64,000 nt of DNA, taken from NCBI GenBank assembly GCA_040285825.1, contig JAUPSS010000004.1, positions 3,266,550-3,330,549 on the forward strand, written 5' to 3'. The notes below the pieces were generated by a model. The model did no database searches, had not been told where the DNA came from, and saw nothing but the letters and a program-made list of their open reading frames with translations. Positions 1-11,083 of this stretch are shown here, piece after piece. The position numbers were made by a program, and so were the translations under genes. Source of the DNA: Eukaryota sp. TZLM1-RC. Its lineage: Eukaryota; Protista; Metamonada: BaSk clade. Positions within the stretch are counted from its first letter, which is position 1; each line of letters begins with the position of its first letter.

Positions 1-162
1 GAGAATTCTTACAAAGTAAATGGAAAGTGTGGGAAAGTGTGGGAATAGTGAAAACCTCCCAAAACCAAGTTGAGGGTTAAAAACCTCCCAGAACAGGCAA
101 CCAGAAGTCGAAAATGGGTGACAAGTGTAAAATTTGATAGATGAGCTCTTTATTCTCACTAC

Positions 163-2120
163 ATGTCAGACACCCCCTCTGTATCACGTGTATTCACTCG
201 GTCTTGTGCACTCAACTCGCTGCTGACCCCTGCAGCGGTGCAACAAATTCGGACTGACCTTCCTGTGGTCACCGAGATTTGTCATGAAGCGTCTTTATTA
301 CTTCAATCTTTTCTTCTAAATTTTCCGTTGGCATCAAGAGGTTTAGTGGAACAGGATGTATGGTATCTGTTTATGACCGTCATCACCACTGGTTCTTTTC
401 CAAAGCCTTCCACATCTAAAGGCCAACGCCAATTACTCCATATCTTTTACAATGGATTTCTTCCTGAATGCCCACAAGACAGGTCTCTTGTTTCTGTGTG
501 GGAAAATTCTTTAGTGCCTTACAGAAATTCATTCCATCTTTTCCTCAATGATTGGCTGCAGTCCCAGAACTGTAATTTTATCAATAGAAAAGGGCTTTCT
601 TCTTATCTTGCCTGTCGTGCTCGTCAATTGGCCTCCAACGTTAAGACATGTTTACCCAAAATTTGTCAATCCTGGACAAAAAACTTTATTCGTGCTCATT
701 GTAGAGCCCTGAATAAAACAAATGTCTTTGCAAATAATATTCTTTCACTTTTGCCAGATGAACTACTAGCCCAACCCGAGGAAGTAGTAGTTGATTCTGT
801 TCTTGAATACCTCATCAATTTCAATTTGAATAATTCAAGAGAAAGATTTTTTTTATTGAATGCATGTAGGTTTATCTTGAATCTCTTTCAAAAATTTCCT
901 ACCACTGCCTCCCTACTGTCCTCACATGATAAAATCACTTTTTCATCAAAGGAAATTAGTGAGCTTTTTCTCTTTAATCTTAAAATTTCACAATACTTAC
1001 TCACTTTCTTTTCTCATATGCATTGCTGGAAGAAATTTAGAATAATACCTTTAGCTTCTCATAAAGGTTCTAAATTTATTGAGGTACCTTCACAAATTTT
1101 CCACTCTGTGAAAAAATTTCCAATTATTGAAGGATCATCTTCCAAAACAAAGTTTATCAAAAATACATGTCTGAAACGAGTATTCAAACAATGTCCTTAC
1201 CAAAAATTCAATATCAACAGAAAAAGTTTGAAAAATAGATTTAACAAAATTTTATTGAAAACTAATGGTAATGAACTGCTTTTTGACCTTTGAAGGTAAA
1301 AATAATGACTCAGAAAACACAGATGAGCTGGATGAACCACCGAAAAGAAAAAGAAGATCAAAAAGTGAAATGAAAAGTGACCCTAATGCCAACAAAACCA
1401 GAGAAACACAGTTGAAGGGTACTAAAAAAATGCCCCGTCGAAGACGTAGACATCCAGTCGAAATTTTACCTGAAAGGCCCCTTATCGGCGTTGATCTTGG
1501 CCAATCAAGATTATGTGGTTACTTCTTAAATGATAATCAATGTGGAGTTATCCCTTGTCCAACTGGCAGAAGATACATGACAAAAAAATTCACCCAGTAA
1601 ACACTCTCCCAACCAATATTCCGTTCAAAATTTCAACCAATATTTGAACCATTGGAATTTGGTCAGGAGGAAAGTGTATTTGGAAAGTAATCGCCAGAAA
1701 TGGAAAATAATTAAATTTGATAACCGCAGACGAAAAGAGAGACGGTTCAGAGAGAGTCTCAACAAATTTCAAAGTCTGGCTGGACATCCTGAAAAACTCT
1801 ATCTTGCTGTGGGTTCTGCTAATTTCCCTTCTCATTGCCGAAAAGTCAATCGATATGGATCAGCAAGGGCTTTCAGAAAATGGTTGTGTTATCAAAAGGA
1901 CGTGAAGCACTTGTCAACCAGTGAATTTAATACAAGCAAAATGTCAAGTTGTTGCATGGCCGAGAATATTCAAGCAGGCTCATGGCAGATGCGTATTTGT
2001 ACTGAGTGTCAAATAGTATATGACAGAGATATTTCCGCTGCAAAAAATATTCAAATCAAGAAGAAAGCGGAATTGTGGCCGGAAAGATACATTTGCCCAG
2101 ATGCTCTGCTGAGGAGATGA
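163..2120 (+). mobile_element. Fanzor/TnpB-like RNA-guided nuclease (family 1), about 651 aa if two +1 frameshifts are repaired
   Basis: Three consecutive ORFs (163-1293, 1265-1600, 1644-2120) supply RuvC-I (LIGVDLG), RuvC-II (TSEFNTSK), zinc-finger cysteines (SCC..CTEC) and RuvC-III (DRDISAAKNI). Removing one T in T5 (1282-1286) and one A in A7 (1582-1588) gives a single ORF. Confidence 0.85.
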
Positions 2121-2261
2121 ATAGGGAACGTGAGCATACAGAAACAAAAACTTTTGAGACCGATCTACAAATACCTTAGTAGCATTTGGTAGATCCACTT
2201 AGATACATCAAGTCGCGAGGCTTTGTTCTGTGAAAGCAGTAGGTGTATTTAAGTGAGGTAG
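2121..2261 (+). ncRNA. Candidate Fanzor omegaRNA scaffold
   Basis: Hairpin 2162-2195. 14-bp stem 2196-2209/2242-2255 (2 G-U pairs) enclosing GCGA- and GAAA-capped hairpins. Loop ACCT (2173-2176) is complementary to AGGT (2256-2259). Lies directly 3' of the nuclease ORF. Confidence 0.7.
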
Positions 2262-2440
2262 CCCATTGATGAAGATCATGATTGTCTTTGTCAAATGATG
2301 CTACATGTCTCTTACAGCCTGTGAGTAGACATTGAGAAAGTTGAAAACAGGAGTGAATTTCACAGGGGAATGCATGATAAGTGAAATTCACAGTAGGAAA
2401 TCCTTGACTTTCTTCAATTTTCAACTATACTTAACTCCCA

Positions 2441-5400
2441 ATGAGACACAAGATCTCATTGCTCAATGCCACGGGCGACTATGTCATTAGGGTGAATGTC
2501 GGAGATACGATCCTCTTTGATCATCCCACAGAAGTAGATCTTCAGACTGAGTATCCAATTAAGGATCACAGAAGCTTTAAGAGAGGCTCCTTCAATAAGT
2601 TCCCATTTTCTCTTTCCTCATTTCATGGGTGGACCGCGACTCTGGAATGTCGCCTTCCTGGTTCCTTCTCTTGCAACTATTCCATTGGATCGAGCCACTA
2701 TTCCTTACGTATCATAATCCAACCTCAGCTCCATGTACCCCTTAACTGCATCATGATGGAAACCCTCATTGTAAAGCTGATTGGACCAGTTCACTCATGG
2801 ATGGATCACTTCTCTGCTGCTCGTAAAGCAGGCTTCAACTTCATTCATCTCACTCCTGTCCAAATCTTAGGCGGGTCAAACTCATCCTACTGCATTAAAG
2901 ATCACACGTCCTTCTCTCCACGCCTTTTCCCTCATATTCAAACTCAAAAAGACCAATACGATGCTCTTCGCTCTTTCATTTTGGATGCCAAACAGAAGCT
3001 TAACATGAGATTCACTATTGACATCATTTACAACCATGCTGCAGCTGATAGTCCATGGCTTGCTGATCATCCTGAATGTCTCTATAACCTCTCCAACTCA
3101 CCCCACTTGATTCCTGCATTTGCATTAGATGAAGTATTGATGAAGGCATCAGGAGGAGGACTTCCTGAGAATTCTGACAGGAGTTGGTTTGAGAATAGAG
3201 ATGTTGTTCCTCAAGCACGCCATTCTGATGGTACAAGTGAAGTACCTCCTGTATTGAAGGGTATCGTTATTGATAGTGAGGATCAATTGATTAGGGTTCT
3301 AAACCTAATCAAAAATGATTGCATTCCGAAAGCTAGGCTTTGGGAGTATTACGTCGCTAATAAGGATTCCACTCTACGCCAATTAAGCGAACGTCTACAG
3401 AACTCACTGAATGCGGCAATTAAACCAATGAAATCGACATTATCAGCTGAACAAGTTGCGAGGGAAATTGGTAAGCAAAATGGAGTGATGTCTGTCCAAA
3501 ATGGGGAGAGAAACCAGGTGTTCATATCTATTCCAGTGTTTGTAAAGTGTTTAAAAATTGACGAATCTGTTGGTATCTCTCCACTTTCACTCGACTCCAC
3601 CATGGAAATGGCTTCGAAAGTAATTGATCTACTTAATGTTGATAAGTATAAAGTATATGATTCTGATATTCGTGCTGCAATGTGTGCTGTTGAAGGAGCT
3701 CTTCGATACAAGCATTTGGAAGAACATGGTCCAAAGAGAAGAGATCCAATATCAGCAGCCTGTCCCGTCGTGGATCCTCTCTTCACCCGAGTGATTCACT
3801 CTTCCGGTGCTGTCATTCCTGTCGCTAATAATGGTTGGGTGATGGGACATAAAGCAGGACTTCAACCAGACTTTGTCTCACCACATTTTAAATGCTATAT
3901 GCGAAGAGAGGTTATCGTGTGGGGTGATAATGTCAAATTGAGATATGGTAGGAACAAATCAGATGCTCCTTTCCTATGGAAAATGATGGAACAATATACT
4001 AAAATGATGGCTTTTATATTTGATGGTTTTAGGATCGATAATTGTCACTCCACACCTCTCCATGTTGCTGAACATTTGTTAGATTATGGGAGAAAACTTA
4101 ATCCACACTTGTTTGTTGTTGCTGAACTCTTTACTGGTTCTCTTCATGCTGATTTGAGGTTTGTCAAGACTCTAGGCATCAACGCTCTCATTCGAGAAGC
4201 TTCACGTGCTGATGATCACACTTCTCTCTCCAGAACTCTATGGGAAAGTGCCACGTCAGACCCCGTTGGATCTATTACCCCTACGTCACCAAAGCACATG
4301 AGAATGGGTAATTTGCTATCACTTCTCTACGATTGCACCCATGATAACGAACCTCCCTCACTCACCAGAACTCCTCATGACACACTCTCTACAATGGCTC
4401 TTGTAGCAGGTGTCCCATGTCCTGTGGGTTCTGTCAAGGGCTATGATGAGCTGATTCCACATAGGATTTGCGTAGTCGAGGAAAAAAGATTGTACATTGC
4501 CGAACCCAAAGTTTCTCTCTCTCCTGTCAGATCGTTTCTATCGACTCTGAGACTCAAACTTGCAAGGGATGCCTTCACAGAGTTTCATATCTCTGCCCAT
4601 GACAGTGGTACGATCATTATCCATCGCCACTGCCTATTGACCTTTAGTTCAATCTACATTATTGCAAGAACCGCATTTAAATTTGGCCCGAGCAACAAAC
4701 ACTTTGAACTTCATGTACCAGGGGCTATCACTAAATGTAGATTTTATGCAACTATAGATGTTCCTCATGATGCTACTGTTAATTTTGAAAAAGATCCTAG
4801 TTTTATAAAAGGATTGGAATCGAATGTATTCTATCAAGTGGGAGGCCAATTACCCTCAACTGTCAAGGTAAAGTTGTTGAACTCTTCGACGCGGTCTGAG
4901 AGCTCTTTATTGAGTTTTCAAAACTTTGCTCCTGGTTCTGTGCTGGTGCTGGAAGGACTTCCCTCCAAGGTTATCAACATTCAACAAATTTCTGAAAAAA
5001 GTCCCATCAAGCTACTTGATCCACCAACGATCCCTTCTCGTATGCTATCAAGATTATCATTCGAAGATCTTCATCTTTTGTTATACGTCAGCCATCCTGA
5101 GTTTGGAAAGGACATGTACTGGATACCAGCATTTGGTTCACTCCCCTACGCAGGCATTGCGGGTTGGAAATCAGTTTTAACGACTGCCAAGCTTTCTGGA
5201 AAATCAGGCCATCCTGTTTTGGAGCATTTAAGAGCAGGAGCATGGGCTTTGGATTATTTTGTGTCTAGAATTCATGTTTCAGATCTTCACAAAATTGTTA
5301 AATCTCATGTTGATTTAATCAAACTCTTGCCGTGGTCACTGACCCCTTTCCTCTTCACCAAGCTGGTAGATTCCCTTTATAATATGCTAACGACTGAGGC

Positions 5401-6939
5401 ATTATCACGAATGAGTCCCTGGTTGAGTGTTAAAGAAGGTGATGAGCAATCATTACCAACAAGACTGGCATTGACTTCCCTGCAACTTGTGTCAAGTCAA
5501 GAACCTCTGATTAACGATCCTTCCATTCCGAACATCCCATCAATGGCTGCAGGACTACCTCATTTTGCCAGTGGTTACATGAGGAACTGGGGAAGAGATA
5601 CCTTTATTGCGCTTCCTGGTTTATTACTGATTACAGGACGCCACTCAGATGCTAGATCGTTTATCATTCAATATGCTAGAACCCTTCGACATGGGCTCAT
5701 TCCTAACCTGATGTCTGGGGGCATTGGTTCAAGGTACAACGCAAGAGACGCCACGTGGTTCTTTTTGAATGCAGTTAGAATGTATTGTGAAACTGTAGCC
5801 AATGGAAAAAACATCTTAAAGGAAAAAATTCCACTAATCTTTGCTAATGATGATGCAGATCCAATCGTGGATAGCTCAAAATCACAACGGATTCTGACCC
5901 TTTCTGGTGTCATTTATGAGATTCTATGCCGCCATGCCCAAGGTATCCACTTCAGAGAACGCAATGCTGGGAGACAAATTGATGATAGAATGCAAGATGA
6001 AGGCTTCAATATTGATATTTCTCTGGATACAGCCACTGGTTTTGTCTTTGGGGGTAATAAATTGAATGCTGGAACTTGGTGTGATAAAATGGGAAGCTCA
6101 GAAAGAGCAGGAAACAAGGGAATTCCGGCGACTCCACGTGATGGGGCTCCAATTGAGCTTACTGCTTTGCTGGCAGTGACGCTGCAGTTTGCTGTAGAAT
6201 TGTCCAATGAACATTATTTTTCAAATGGGGTTAAACTTGCTGATGGTCGTTTTCTATCATTTTCTGATTGGCTGACCCTCATTAAACGTAACTTTCACCG
6301 TCATTACTGGGTTCCCCTAAATGCATCTGAAGACTCTCAATTCCAAATAGATAGCAAACTTGTCAACAGAAGAGGAATTTACAAAGATGTAATCGGCTCA
6401 ACTCACCCTTGGAATAGCTATCAGTTGAGAGGAAACGCATCAGTAGCTATTGCTCTGTGTTCTTGGTTGTTTGACCATGATTCTGCTGTTGAGCATTTGA
6501 AAATGGCATCTGAAATTCTTTTAAAAGAGTCAATGCCAGGTTTAAAAACTTTAGATCCTTCTGATTTAACTTATAGGGCATGGTATAATCAATCAGACAA
6601 TGATGATTATTGGAGCTCTCAAGGATTTAGCTATCATTTAGGTATGTTGCTTTTATTTACTTATTAATCACAGGACCTGCTTGGTTGTGGATCTCTGGTC
6701 TCCATTGCTTGGCACTTTTGAAATTTGATAAAGATAATTCTAATGGTTTGAAGAAAATTGCTGAAGAATGCTTTGCTGCATTGGTTTCTCATATGGATAG
6801 TAATTTGTTTTTGGGTGCGACGGAATTGCTTCAAGCTGATGGAAGTTATTGCTCTGGAAGCTGCCCAACACAAGCATGGTCGTCTGCCACGTTTTTGGAA
6901 GCATTGAATTATCAGCGTGAAAATTTCAGAAATATATAG
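2441..6939 (+). CDS. AGL: Glycogen debranching enzyme; exons 2441-6641 and 6674-6939
   Basis: Motifs FDGFRIDNCHSTP, VVAELFTG, YDCTHDN, AGLPHF..GYMRNWGRDTFI. Splicing the 32-nt GT-AG intron 6642-6673 restores YHLGPAWLW and the C-terminal QAWS motif. Confidence 0.95.
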
Positions 6940-7081
6940 ATTTTAGTGTTTTTTAGATAAAAATCAATGAATTTATTCAATTATTGTGAAATATAATTAA
7001 AAACAGAGTTTAAATTCACTGGGCTAAAGGAATATAAAGAAAAAAGAATCGAAAAGTACAAGGAAATCAAAATCAATTAAA

Positions 7082-9811
7082 TTACAACGGTTTTGGGGCC
7101 ACTTTTGGCAAATTTTTGCGAAGTTTATCAAAATTTGACTTAATTCCGGATGGTTTCCTTCCCAGTGGTGAAGTGGGTAAAGGAGATTCCACATTAACTT
7201 TCTTTTGAGCAAACATCTCAGAGTCTGATGATTTACGTTTTCTTTCAGACAATGGAGTGTCAGGAAAGGCAAATTTTTGGGGTGAGTTCACCAAATTTTG
7301 GTCAGGACTTTTCAAATTTTCATCAACTTCCTTCAAATCTTGAAAACTATGATCTTCATTTTCTTCTTTTAATCTATTTTTCTGAATATCAACTTTCTTA
7401 ACATCCTTTTTGGAAAATTTATCTAATAATTCTGGAATTAAATGCGAACAGTCATGTTTTATCAGCAAATCTTTGGTGAAATTAAATCCCTTTTCTGATG
7501 TTATATATTTAAATAGTCCAGTAATTAAAGAGATTGCTCGATCTCCAGGTTCCATATTAGTCAATTCTGTGGCGATAATCTTAATTATTTCCTTATCTCT
7601 TTTTGCAATTGATTTACCAACTCTTTTTTTAATAATTTCAGTAGTGTGCAAAGTGATATTATAAGGTGATAATAAACAAGAACTAAATAAATCATTGTGT
7701 TGTGATAAAGATGAGTAAATAGTAGATTTAAAAGGCAAACTCAACAAACCACCCTTTGCGCTCTTTGGACAACATGTTCCTTCAGAAAGAGGCAGCAGAT
7801 TGATAAATGATTCAGAGGTGCCCACTATAAAATACTTTGACACAAGTTTAAGTAATTGCTCAGTAGATATAGTTTCGGAAGCATCAAATCCCAATTCTGC
7901 TAAACAAGATTTAAAACTAAAGTTAATTACCCATCGCCCAGAAAATTGTTCAAATATTTTCAAAAATCCTAGCGAGTCCATTATTGATGGCCTGTTTAGA
8001 GTAAACCCTACCCAGCGAATAGAAATTCCTGGTGATAAATAGTAAAATGATTGAGTAATAAGGGTTAGATTGGGATCATAAAGGGAGATGATGTACTTAC
8101 CGCCAAAACGGGAAACTGATTCCAAGCCAACTATCATAATCACGTCATCAGAGCTGGAAACAGTTAAAAATGACCCAGAAATAGATGTAGAATTGACAGG
8201 AAGTCCAGCCAAGTCAAACATCATCAATTCTTCACGCAAAACAACCAAAATACCATTATTAACCACACAAACCGCTAAAACTGCTTCTTCCTGAGGAAAT
8301 TCAATATTCCATTGTTTTAATTCTAAAACATGACTTGGAAACGGAGAAAAATGCACAATATTTGGCGAATTTGGCACGAAATTTTCATCCTTGATCCTTT
8401 TATGAAAGTTACTATAGACGGCAACGACTCCAACAGGAGATAAATCAACTAAATCAGCTTCAAAAGAGTTAATTTTTCTGGTTTGAGACGATTTGTAATG
8501 TTCAGTAGAGATTACAACTGAGTTTGTTTTATAGTCCTTAATCAAGCGAGACAAGCCGTGATTAGAACAATGCATGACTTCTACTAAACAACCATCTTGC
8601 GTGTTGAAGCTTGCATTTGGACGTTCTCCCAGATGGGCAGACCATTGGGAGGCCTGGGGAATGAAAATTTGGTCAATATTTCGATGAGCTCTATTCACCA
8701 AAATTTGATTCACATATTCCAAATGAAGAGGAGGATAAAGAGACGAAGAAGCGGGAAAAGAACCAATATCATCCATTGCTGCATCAATTCTGTCAGCTTG
8801 TTCCATTAAATCAGTTTGAATAATAGGAGATTCTTCATGTTGTTCTGTGGTTGTTTCAGTGATCTCTTCATCCTCAAATTTTGGAAAAGAGCTCAGCATG
8901 TGGAACGAATATTGATCGGTCATAATCACTAAATTTTGACCTACAAACCAACACGCTTTACAACAGTAATTTGGACTAAGCTCTTCAGACATTTTTCCAT
9001 CATGATTGAAGAACCAAAGTGACCTTCTCCCAAACGCCACAACGACAACCTCATCGTGATCATGACAGTCAACAACTCCAATCACACCGGGGGTTAAAAA
9101 CTCCTTCATCTTTCTTGATCGTACATCCACTGCAAGCACAGCATCATCAGCACAAACATAAAACTTTGATGGTGAAGAACAACAGATACTGATGGATGGT
9201 TCATCAGAAAGCAGGGTGGGGGGAGAGGTGAGGGTTTGGCACGAAGGAAAATGTACTAATTGTTTCCTGTTGGTCACTAAAAGAGCCTCCGAATCATCTT
9301 CTACGGCATGTTGTAGTAGTGTGCCGTGTTCAAAGAGTGAATCTTGATGAGGACTACGTTCTTTGACGTTGTGGTTGGTGAGGTCTTCGTCATAGCTTAC
9401 AAAGGTGACCTCTCTTTCATCAGATGCTAGCATTACAGCTAAGCCATTCTGGGAGAAGGAAAGAACTTTAATGGGGCTTTGGAGACGTATGAAATCATGG
9501 AGAGTGTTAAACTGCCAGATATCACTAGTACAGGTGACTGTGAAGTAATGTGCACGTGTATCAGATGAGAATCCTACAATATAGAGAGAATCTGTTAATT
9601 TTCTTGCATCTAGGTTTGTTGGAGAGTGTATGTTTTCGAAAGTGGTAGACGTGAGCTGTTTGAAGTGCTGGTGGTCATCAGCATCGCGTCTGAGACCACC
9701 AGATGGAGAAAACTCCCATAAAGTGAAGTCACAAGTATCATCTAAAGAAACAAAATGATCCGTAGTAGGAACCACAACAAGCTGTCGCAGCTGTGAATTA
9801 TTAATGTACAT
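7082..9811 (-). CDS. Ctf4/And-1 (WDHD1)-like WD40/SepB replisome adaptor
   Basis: IRWVGFT..RPSIMDSLGFLK resembles the SepB-domain motif WxGFSxxGxPxxxDSxG; beta-rich N-terminus and charged C-terminal tail. First ATG at 9811; true start uncertain. Confidence 0.65.
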   Translation of the reverse strand: MYINNSQLRQLVVVPTTDHFVSLDDTCDFTLWEFSPSGGLRRDADDHQHFKQLTSTTFENIHSPTNLDARKLTDSLYIVGFSSDTRAHYFTVTCTSDIWQFNTLHDFIRLQSPIKVLSFSQNGLAVMLASDEREVTFVSYDEDLTNHNVKERSPHQDSLFEHGTLLQHAVEDDSEALLVTNRKQLVHFPSCQTLTSPPTLLSDEPSISICCSSPSKFYVCADDAVLAVDVRSRKMKEFLTPGVIGVVDCHDHDEVVVVAFGRRSLWFFNHDGKMSEELSPNYCCKACWFVGQNLVIMTDQYSFHMLSSFPKFEDEEITETTTEQHEESPIIQTDLMEQADRIDAAMDDIGSFPASSSLYPPLHLEYVNQILVNRAHRNIDQIFIPQASQWSAHLGERPNASFNTQDGCLVEVMHCSNHGLSRLIKDYKTNSVVISTEHYKSSQTRKINSFEADLVDLSPVGVVAVYSNFHKRIKDENFVPNSPNIVHFSPFPSHVLELKQWNIEFPQEEAVLAVCVVNNGILVVLREELMMFDLAGLPVNSTSISGSFLTVSSSDDVIMIVGLESVSRFGGKYIISLYDPNLTLITQSFYYLSPGISIRWVGFTLNRPSIMDSLGFLKIFEQFSGRWVINFSFKSCLAELGFDASETISTEQLLKLVSKYFIVGTSESFINLLPLSEGTCCPKSAKGGLLSLPFKSTIYSSLSQHNDLFSSCLLSPYNITLHTTEIIKKRVGKSIAKRDKEIIKIIATELTNMEPGDRAISLITGLFKYITSEKGFNFTKDLLIKHDCSHLIPELLDKFSKKDVKKVDIQKNRLKEENEDHSFQDLKEVDENLKSPDQNLVNSPQKFAFPDTPLSERKRKSSDSEMFAQKKVNVESPLPTSPLGRKPSGIKSNFDKLRKNLPKVAPKPL

Positions 9812-10482
9812 TGGGATAAAAAATAAACCTTCCAATTTGGTGAAACTAAATTCTAAAGATTCTCAACAGTTCTCCCTTCCTCACTCCCTCTCTGTTTCGA
9901 AAAAACAGTCTGAAGGAATTTTCGATTATCTGTTATAATATCAGTCATTCAAACAAGTTTAGTTGCCGATTTTCTGCTGAGACTAAAACAGAATGCTACA
10001 TTGCTGGTTCTACCTTTTTGTATCACACATTGAGGTTTAAAAACTCTACTCTTATTGAGAAAGCGATAGTTATTAGCAATTACAGAAATTTTAAAATAAT
10101 TGAAAATTCGCAAAATCAATAATTGCAATGAACAATTCAAATATTTCTTGTCAGTGGTTCAGTAATTTAGAGTGACCACTCAATAATTATAATATAATAG
10201 CAATGAAAATAAATAAATATTAATTTCATTTTAGTATTATTTATGTTTGAAAAAACAATAGTGAAGACCTTTTCATATATTTTATACCATGACTATAAAT
10301 TACTTTTATTTACATAGCTTTCCTTATAGGAAAGTGGATCACGTCATCATAGATTTCAATTGTATTAGTTGTTATTATTTCTTGATTTCTAATATTTCTG
10401 TTCATAAACATCTGTTTTTATTAGTTTATGATGAACCGTGTACAAATAGCAACAATAAATATACTTTATACTATTTTCGAGA

Positions 10483-10914
10483 TTTTTTTTAAAAAAACTG
10501 GAATATTTATTGAGATAAAAATAACCATCTAGAATTCAATATCCTCCAAACAAGCGTCACTATTACTGAACCTACTCGCAGCATTACGTTCATATTCTAC
10601 ACCAATAGCTACAAGTGCCCTTGAAATCATTGTAGGAATAGACTTGAAAATGCAAAAAACAATTCTATTTAAACAGAAAGTGGAGTTCATTGTTTTACCA
10701 GACCTATTCAGTAACACTTTTTTGAAATTTTCCAAAAAGTGCAACCCTGAAGGTCCAATATTGCCAAAAAGAGAAATTGCAAACGGCACAAACTGATATT
10801 TCACATGTTCCACTCTACCTAACTGTGCCAAAGGTTCTTCATATTTTTTTATCTTCTTTTTTCGGCGTTAGATAACGGCGAATCAGCGGAATACACTAAA
10901 CGAGCAGCAGAATT
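10483..10914 (-). mobile_element. 5'-truncated RLE-type non-LTR retrotransposon, family A (ORF ends SDACLEDIEF)
   Basis: Near-identical to 58230-58632; poly(A) tail; target duplication TTCGAGATTTTT at 10476-10487 and 10913-10924. Confidence 0.85.
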
Positions 10915-11083
10915 CGAGATTTTTAGTCAATGTTCTTATCTTTCTTGGTAATTTCTTCCTTTCTTATGAAGAAGTGGTCTGTGAATATAATTTCTAATTT
11001 AGGCATTTTACTGGTAAGACGCAAAAAAGGATAACTTATGGTTTTATGAATCAATCAAATAGTGATCAAAATTTCAAACAAAT

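Noticed and set aside
2151-2160. Point where the two family 1 Fanzor copies diverge (2157/46352) as the true element end
   Set aside because: The structured RNA in copy 1 lies beyond this point, so copy 2 is more likely 3'-truncated.
2262-2281. A second in-window match (target) for the predicted guide
   Set aside because: None noticed by eye; this needs a computational search.
9791-9828. Possible 38-nt intron at the 5' end of the Ctf4-like gene
   Set aside because: The upstream exon frame hits a TAG with no ATG, and the 3' end does not fit the host consensus.
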